A stretch of 64,000 nt of DNA from positions 1 through 64,000 of IMG/VR virus record IMGVR_UViG_3300048833_000111; one strand, written 5' to 3'. The notes beneath the pieces were generated by a model. That model did not search any database. It worked only from the letters and a program-made list of their open reading frames with translations, and was not told the origin of the DNA. Both the position numbers and the translations under genes were made by a program. The DNA is from a virus. This document shows positions 57,909-64,000 of the stretch, piece by piece. Every line of letters begins with the position of its first letter. Within the stretch, counting starts at the first letter, position 1.

Positions 57909-58375
57909 TGCCAAAGAAGTTTTATAATACAAGAGATAGTTACAAACTATATCTAAAAAGTACTGATACACCTATAGATATATCTATGTATTTATCTATT
58001 GTAAATGGTTTTATGAAATTTCTAATTAAAAAGTTATTTAGTACAGGCAGTATAATGTTTCCTGAAAGATTGGGTAGCCTACAAATTGTAGGTAGAAAAG
58101 TGAAGGTAAGGATTGAAGATGGAGAAATAAAAGGGCTTGCCCCAGACTGGGCAAATACCAAAAAGCTTTGGGAAGAGAATGAACAAGCTAAAAAAGATAA
58201 ACAGTTAGTATATCATTTCAATGAACATACAAATAGTGTAAGATATAGATTCTTCTGGAGTAAAGCTAGAGCTTTAGTAACCAATAAAACATTATACAAC
58301 TTAAGAATGACTAGAAGTAATAAAAGAGAATTATCTAAGTTAATACAAGAAGGCAAAGAATATTTAATAAAATAA
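57908..58375 (+). CDS. IHF-like protein
   Basis: FPERLGSLQI...PDW..TK; synteny upstream of tail tubular gene. Confidence 0.6.
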   Translation: MPKKFYNTRDSYKLYLKSTDTPIDISMYLSIVNGFMKFLIKKLFSTGSIMFPERLGSLQIVGRKVKVRIEDGEIKGLAPDWANTKKLWEENEQAKKDKQLVYHFNEHTNSVRYRFFWSKARALVTNKTLYNLRMTRSNKRELSKLIQEGKEYLIK

Positions 58376-58376
58376 G

Positions 58377-59321
58377 ATGGGAAAAAAATTTCAATATGTC
58401 ACTTTAGATAGAATACTATCTAAACTATATAGAGACCTAGGACTAGATGAAATCTCTGAAACAGATGTAATTGAGTGGACTGGAGAAGCTCTTAACTTTA
58501 TGGAAACACCTAGCCTCTTAGAAGAGGCTGTTGCATTTATAGAGGTTTCTAATCATTCAGCTACCTTACCAAATGGTCTACAAGCTATTATACAAGTAGC
58601 TAGGAACAATAATTTTATTAAGGATAATAGCTGTCCAGCTAATGTAGTATTAGATACTACAGAGGAAATAACAGAAGATACTACTTGTCCCAACATAAAT
58701 AATATTCCTTTAATACTAGATTGCAAGGGTAGTCCAATAAGAGGATTTGAATTAGCTTACTATAGACCTTACTATGATTTACAATATGAATATTCAGGTT
58801 GGGGTAATAGTCATTATTACAAATCTCAATTCACACCTATGAGGTTAGCAAATCATAGTTTCTTTAACACTTTAGTATGTCCAGAAGATAAACAGATATA
58901 TACTGAAAGTTGTAGAGATGAATATACTATTGCAGGAGACCAAATTAAAACATCTTTTAAGGATGGGCAAATTGCTATAGCTTATTATAGACAAATAGTA
59001 GATGAGGAAACAGGGTATCCAATGATACCAGATGATTCTTCTTTTACTACAGCTATTACAATGTATATTACTATGAAGTATATGGCTAGAATGTGGTATA
59101 TGGGAAGAGAGGGGTATGCAGATAAAATGCAAAAAGCTGAAGCTGATTGGCAATGGTATTGTAAACAATCTACCAATAAAGCTTTTACATTATATGGATT
59201 GGATGAACATCAAAATATGTTGGATAGTAGATACCAGATGATACCAAATTTTAATAAATATTATGGATTTTTTGGTAAATTAGGTACTACAGATAGAGGA
59301 ATTAGTTTAAGAGGAATATAA
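58377..59321 (+). CDS. Tail tubular protein
   Basis: DVIEWTGEAL, DEETGYPMIPDD, WQWYCKQ; synteny. Confidence 0.65.
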   Translation: MGKKFQYVTLDRILSKLYRDLGLDEISETDVIEWTGEALNFMETPSLLEEAVAFIEVSNHSATLPNGLQAIIQVARNNNFIKDNSCPANVVLDTTEEITEDTTCPNINNIPLILDCKGSPIRGFELAYYRPYYDLQYEYSGWGNSHYYKSQFTPMRLANHSFFNTLVCPEDKQIYTESCRDEYTIAGDQIKTSFKDGQIAIAYYRQIVDEETGYPMIPDDSSFTTAITMYITMKYMARMWYMGREGYADKMQKAEADWQWYCKQSTNKAFTLYGLDEHQNMLDSRYQMIPNFNKYYGFFGKLGTTDRGISLRGI

Positions 59322-59322
59322 T

Positions 59323-62300
59323 ATGCAAGGAGATAAATTACAAAGACCATATAAAGGTTTATATAAAGATACTTCTAAACAGGACCAACCTAAAGATACT
59401 TATTTATTTGCATTAAATGCAGTTAATGAGACTGAAGTAGGGGATTCTAATCTTATAGGTAATGAAGAGAGTAATGCATTATGTGCAAATATAACTTCTG
59501 GATATATACCTCTAGGAAAGGTTTATATTGGCAATAATGAAACTGTAATATTATCAGTTTCTCAAGATGAAACTAGTTCTGAAATAGGTATATTAGATGG
59601 TAACTGTAAGTACAAAGTATATGTAAATGATAGTGATAGTACAGAAGAAGATAAACTTAATTTTAAAGTAAGTAATCAAATACAGGCTGTGTATAGATTA
59701 AGGAGAGGTTGTGAAAGAACAATTTATTTTACTGATGATTATAACAAACCTAGATACTTTAATTTTAATAATCCAAATAAATTTAAAAATAATGATGGTA
59801 GTTGGAATGCCAATTTATTTGATTTACAAAAACAATATTCTAAAATACCTAACTTTCAAAGTGTTGAGATATTAGATTCTGGAGGTAATTTAGAACCTGG
59901 TGGATATAATATTGCTATACAGTATGTAGATGATAGTTTAAATCCAACAGAATGGATAACAACATCTCCCCTAATAGAAATATATAATGACCTATCTTCT
60001 GAGGAATTTAGAAAAATAAGTGGTAGTATTAATGGAGATGAGGACTTCTTTGCATACCCTAGAACCAGTAAAGCTATTAAAATAATATTATCTAATATAG
60101 ATACAGATTTTGTTTTCTACAGATTAGCTTTTATAGAATCAAATAATGGGTCAGGACAAATAAGTGATGTAAAGTATTCAGATATAATACCTACATCAAA
60201 AAACTTCTTTATATATACAGGAGATAATGCTATAAGTACAGGTACTACTCAAGAGATAGCAGCTTTCTCTGATATTATATATAAAGCACAAAGTATTGAA
60301 CAGATAGAAAATAGATTATTGTTAGGTAATACAGAAGGTAAGAAAGTAGATTTTTGTAAGTTACAACAATATGCATCTAGAATTAAAGCTGATTGTATTA
60401 CAAAGACTGTTAATCTAACAGATTTGGTAGACCCAGCTAACCCTAAAAATCCATCCCACCAATTTAATGGTATAGGTTATATGCCTGGTGAGATATATTC
60501 TTTTGGTATAGTTTATATATTTGAGGACAATTCATTATCTCCAGTATTCCATATACCTGGAAAAAACCCTACAGTAGACCCAGAGGCTGTATTCTCTCCA
60601 GCAGAGAATGTATATCCTATGTCAAATAACAATCAAATAAGTACTACTTATATAGATAATGATACTTGTGGTAATAATAACTTCTGGGGTAAAGATGCAC
60701 AAGGGGATTCTCTTACAGGTAAGCCTGTAAGACATCATAGATTTCCCTTAAGAAGTGATATAAATCTACCTTTGGTAACAGACCAAATAGGAGAAGAACA
60801 AACTGTAGATTATTACCAATTATTTTTAAGGATACAGGGAACACTTATAACTCCTGTTTCCTGTCCACCTGAAAACCCAGGTTGTGGAACTGATGTATCT
60901 AACTTTTTTGAAGTTAGGGTAAATTACAAAGTAGAAGGAGAAAGTTTTAGTTTTACTGAACTAGTAGACCCTGCTTTCTTTGCAGATGAATCAGGTACTT
61001 TTGAGCTGGATATACAGGAAAACTCACAATATCATTCTACTAATGTCTTTACAGATATTGAAATAGAGATATCTGATATTAATGGAACTTTCCATCCACT
61101 GGTAACAGTAGGGGGAGATGCTGAATATAATAATGAGTTTGGGGATTATTTTGATGGTACAGCAGATTTTACAACATCAGTAGAGTTATTTGAAGCTACT
61201 GTACAAGATAGAACTTATAGTACTGAGATATTAGGTATAAAATTTTCTGGTATTGAATTACCAGAATTAAATGAGTTGAACCAGGATAGAGGTAATAGAA
61301 TAATTGGATACTATATAGTAAGAAATGAAAGAACTGAGTTTGATAAGACTATATTGGATTCAGCAGTTCTTACTCCTTCTACTATTTATAAGAATTATAT
61401 ATCACATGGGTTGCTACAACCTGAAACTAATAATATATCAGATTCTGTATATGGTATAATACATCCAGAACATAAATTTAATGATAAAGAATATACCCAA
61501 TATGATGAGATTATACAGCAAGGTAATTTTACATTAAGGGATAGAAAATATGGTAAAGTCTCTTTTAATGATGTTTTTGATGGTTCATCTTTAGATACAA
61601 GTAAACAAAAAGATACAGGAGATGATGGAAAACCAGCAGATGGTAAACCTAGAACTGATGGGTATGATGGATGGAGTTTAGAGATAATATCTAGAGATAA
61701 TATTGTATCCTATGAAAGTAAATCAGAGTTTACTATAAGTAGAGCTAATATTGAAGAGAATTTTTATTTAGATGCTCTAGAGAGTAGAGCTATAAATGCT
61801 GAAGCAAATGATGTCTTTAATATTACTACTGATAATAAGATTGGTATAGTACAATTAAAAGAAGGTACAACAATACCTCAAAGTAGTAATTTACCTTATG
61901 TAGTATTTAGAAAAAATAATTTAGAATCTTATTCAGATTTTAGAACTCTTCCTTATTATAAGGAAACAGTAAATCCTAAGTACTTCAGTGGAGGACCTAG
62001 TGGAGAGATATGTACAGTATTTAATGGAGATAGTTATGTATCTCCAATGAGATATGTAAACTCTGTATTCTGGGATAATAGAGTTGCTAAAAGAGCAGGA
62101 AAAACTAATGTTTGGAAATATATTGTAGGGGCTATATTAATTGTAGTTGCTGTAGTATTAGCTTATTTTACTGTAGGTACTTCTCTAGCTCTTATTGGAG
62201 CTGCTGCTGCATTGATGGCAGCAGGTGGTGGAGTACTGCTTATTAGTGCTGGAGTAAAGCAGGATAACTGGAATAAGGTATATATGCAAGAATATGACAA

Positions 62301-64000
62301 AGGTCTTAGGGAGACAGCTCTAGATAGTTGGGTAAATGCTTTTTATAGATATAGGGCTACAGTAGGTTCTTATTTTCCAATTCCTTGGACTGGACAAACA
62401 GAACATTCTGGACAACACGCTAAGGATGGTCCAACTGATGATACTATACAATGGATAGGGGATTGTATAACAGACCTATGGTTTGAAAGTTCTATAAATA
62501 TAAACTTAAGGGTCCCTTTAATTACAGATTTACCTAGTTTCTTGGATTCTCCAGGCAAGATAGAATCAGGTAATAATAAACCTATAGATTTATATGAATT
62601 TTTTGATATTTATTATGCTTCAAGTAATCAAGAAAGATACCCAGTATCTTCTCTTGAAAGACACTTAGCACAGAAATTACTAATGTTCAATGGAGATAGA
62701 AATGATAATAAAGAATATATTGGACTTGCATTAGGTGAATTATATAAACTTAATCCAGATTACTTAAGAATAAATAAAGAAAAAATATTTTATCATTTAC
62801 CTCTAGAGTATGATTGTTGTTCAGAATGTCAAGAGAACTTTCCACATAGAATACATTATTCAGAACAGTCATTCCAAGAAGAGTTAAGTGATAATTATAG
62901 AATATTCTTACCTAATAACTATAAAGATATACAAGGTGAAACTGGAGAGATTACAAACTTATTTAAAATAGGTAATGATTTATTTATACATACCTTAGAG
63001 GGATTATGGCAAATGCCAAGAAACTATCAAGAAAGAGTTACAGACCAAGTAGTATCTTTTATTGGTACAGGTTCTTATTTTGAAATCCCACCTCAAAAGA
63101 TATTAGATGATGATACAGGGTTATCAGCAGGATTACAACATAAGTGGAGTGCTATAAAAACTCCTTCTGGATATTTCTTTGTTTCTGAAAACCAGAAAGC
63201 TATATATCAATTCAATGGTAAAAAACTTAATCCTATATCTTCTGTAGGATTATCTAATTGGTTTAAGGAAAACTTAGAATCAAAATTGGATAAGGATTAT
63301 AATATTAGAAACAATAAAATATACCCTTATAAAGATAACCCCAGTAATCCATTTGGTACAGGATTTATTTCTACTTATGATAGTAAAAAAGAGAGATTAA
63401 TATTTACTAAAAAAGATAGAAATTTTACACAAAATATAGTGGGCAATACTGGATATGAGATTGCAGTTTGTAATGGACAAGTTATAGTGTTTTATGATTT
63501 TCAAGCTACTATAGATAATTATGAGAATCTTGGTTATAAGTATTTAGGTATAAAAGATTGTCAAATGGTATTCTCTATAGAAGTTATTGAAGAAGTACAA
63601 GTTGTAGAGTATGTATGGGTTCCACCTGTAATAGAAACACACTTCGTAACTTATTTTAAAGGCTTCTGGGAAGAAGATGACCCTGCACATCCTAATGGTG
63701 GTACTGTAACTTATATAATCTATCCAGGTGGTATAGAAAGTACTATTGATAATATATGGAATAATGACTGTATAGGATTACCAAATCAAGGTATTGTAAG
63801 TTATCATGGATGCGCACCTGGATGTGAACCACAAGAGACTATAGAAGTTATTATAACACCAGGTTATTATGAACAAATAATTAAAGTTGTAGAACAACCT
63901 GTAACAGAGTATCTATACATAGATGGTACTCCACTTGAAGATAAGAATAGTATAAATAATTCATGGACTATTAGTTATTCTTTAAAAAGTAACTCTTGGA
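59323..64000 (+). CDS. Tail stabilisation (muzzle) protein, partial (runs off window end)
   Basis: Manual translation MQGDKLQRPYKGLYKD...YLFALNAV...NEESN, IYFTDDYNKPRYFN, GYMPGEIYSFGIVYIF; long open frame. Confidence 0.75.
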   Translation, partial: MQGDKLQRPYKGLYKDTSKQDQPKDTYLFALNAVNETEVGDSNLIGNEESNALCANITSGYIPLGKVYIGNNETVILSVSQDETSSEIGILDGNCKYKVYVNDSDSTEEDKLNFKVSNQIQAVYRLRRGCERTIYFTDDYNKPRYFNFNNPNKFKNNDGSWNANLFDLQKQYSKIPNFQSVEILDSGGNLEPGGYNIAIQYVDDSLNPTEWITTSPLIEIYNDLSSEEFRKISGSINGDEDFFAYPRTSKAIKIILSNIDTDFVFYRLAFIESNNGSGQISDVKYSDIIPTSKNFFIYTGDNAISTGTTQEIAAFSDIIYKAQSIEQIENRLLLGNTEGKKVDFCKLQQYASRIKADCITKTVNLTDLVDPANPKNPSHQFNGIGYMPGEIYSFGIVYIFEDNSLSPVFHIPGKNPTVDPEAVFSPAENVYPMSNNNQISTTYIDNDTCGNNNFWGKDAQGDSLTGKPVRHHRFPLRSDINLPLVTDQIGEEQTVDYYQLFLRIQGTLITPVSCPPENPGCGTDVSNFFEVRVNYKVEGESFSFTELVDPAFFADESGTFELDIQENSQYHSTNVFTDIEIEISDINGTFHPLVTVGGDAEYNNEFGDYFDGTADFTTSVELFEATVQDRTYSTEILGIKFSGIELPELNELNQDRGNRIIGYYIVRNERTEFDKTILDSAVLTPSTIYKNYISHGLLQPETNNISDSVYGIIHPEHKFNDKEYTQYDEIIQQGNFTLRDRKYGKVSFNDVFDGSSLDTSKQKDTGDDGKPADGKPRTDGYDGWSLEIISRDNIVSYESKSEFTISRANIEENFYLDALESRAINAEANDVFNITTDNKIGIVQLKEGTTIPQSSNLPYVVFRKNNLESYSDFRTLPYYKETVNPKYFSGGPSGEICTVFNGDSYVSPMRYVNSVFWDNRVAKRAGKTNVWKYIVGAILIVVAVVLAYFTVGTSLALIGAAAALMAAGGGVLLISAGVKQDNWNKVYMQEYDKGLRETALDSWVNAFYRYRATVGSYFPIPWTGQTEHSGQHAKDGPTDDTIQWIGDCITDLWFESSININLRVPLITDLPSFLDSPGKIESGNNKPIDLYEFFDIYYASSNQERYPVSSLERHLAQKLLMFNGDRNDNKEYIGLALGELYKLNPDYLRINKEKIFYHLPLEYDCCSECQENFPHRIHYSEQSFQEELSDNYRIFLPNNYKDIQGETGEITNLFKIGNDLFIHTLEGLWQMPRNYQERVTDQVVSFIGTGSYFEIPPQKILDDDTGLSAGLQHKWSAIKTPSGYFFVSENQKAIYQFNGKKLNPISSVGLSNWFKENLESKLDKDYNIRNNKIYPYKDNPSNPFGTGFISTYDSKKERLIFTKKDRNFTQNIVGNTGYEIAVCNGQVIVFYDFQATIDNYENLGYKYLGIKDCQMVFSIEVIEEVQVVEYVWVPPVIETHFVTYFKGFWEEDDPAHPNGGTVTYIIYPGGIESTIDNIWNNDCIGLPNQGIVSYHGCAPGCEPQETIEVIITPGYYEQIIKVVEQPVTEYLYIDGTPLEDKNSINNSWTISYSLKSNSW

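Noticed and set aside
1679-62558. Numerous short opposite-strand ORFs in the track (e.g. 1884-2135, 25059-25466, 51312-51677, 62370-62558)
   Set aside because: Shadow ORFs antisense to well-supported genes
1-64000. Stop-codon reassignment as in some crAss-like phages
   Set aside because: Genes are full length in the standard code, all three stops are used and no suppressor tRNA was found

Overview
A 64-kb piece of a large, AT-rich lytic phage genome with crAss-like (Crassvirales-type) organisation. Repeated TAnnTTTG (-7) / TTG (-33) promoters point to a Bacteroidota host, and genes read in the standard code. Minus strand, 1-34.9 kb: class II ribonucleotide reductase (partial), nucleotide enzymes, nucleases, a four-gene ubiquitin-like cluster (Ubl, E2-like, JAB, E1/ThiF), primase, helicases, family A DNA polymerase, RlpA, 23 tRNAs covering all 20 amino acids, a tmRNA, a Ro60/TROVE gene, a MoxR AAA+ ATPase with partner, small early genes and three free-standing endonucleases. 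Plus strand, 35-64 kb: terminase, portal, scaffold, major capsid, tail/ring proteins, fibre and tailspike, holin, nucleases and a partial tail-stabilisation (muzzle) gene. Main novelties: (1) seven related Y-RNA-like ncRNAs interleaved with the tRNAs near the Ro60 gene, sharing one covarying stem and a TACTTCG motif but carrying different cargo, including tRNAs permuted at different points; (2) a phage-encoded ubiquitin-like conjugation operon; (3) a tmRNA with an apparent 49-codon tag; (4) a small protein carrying a copy of a major-capsid segment. All calls were made by eye from motifs and base pairing; no searches were run.
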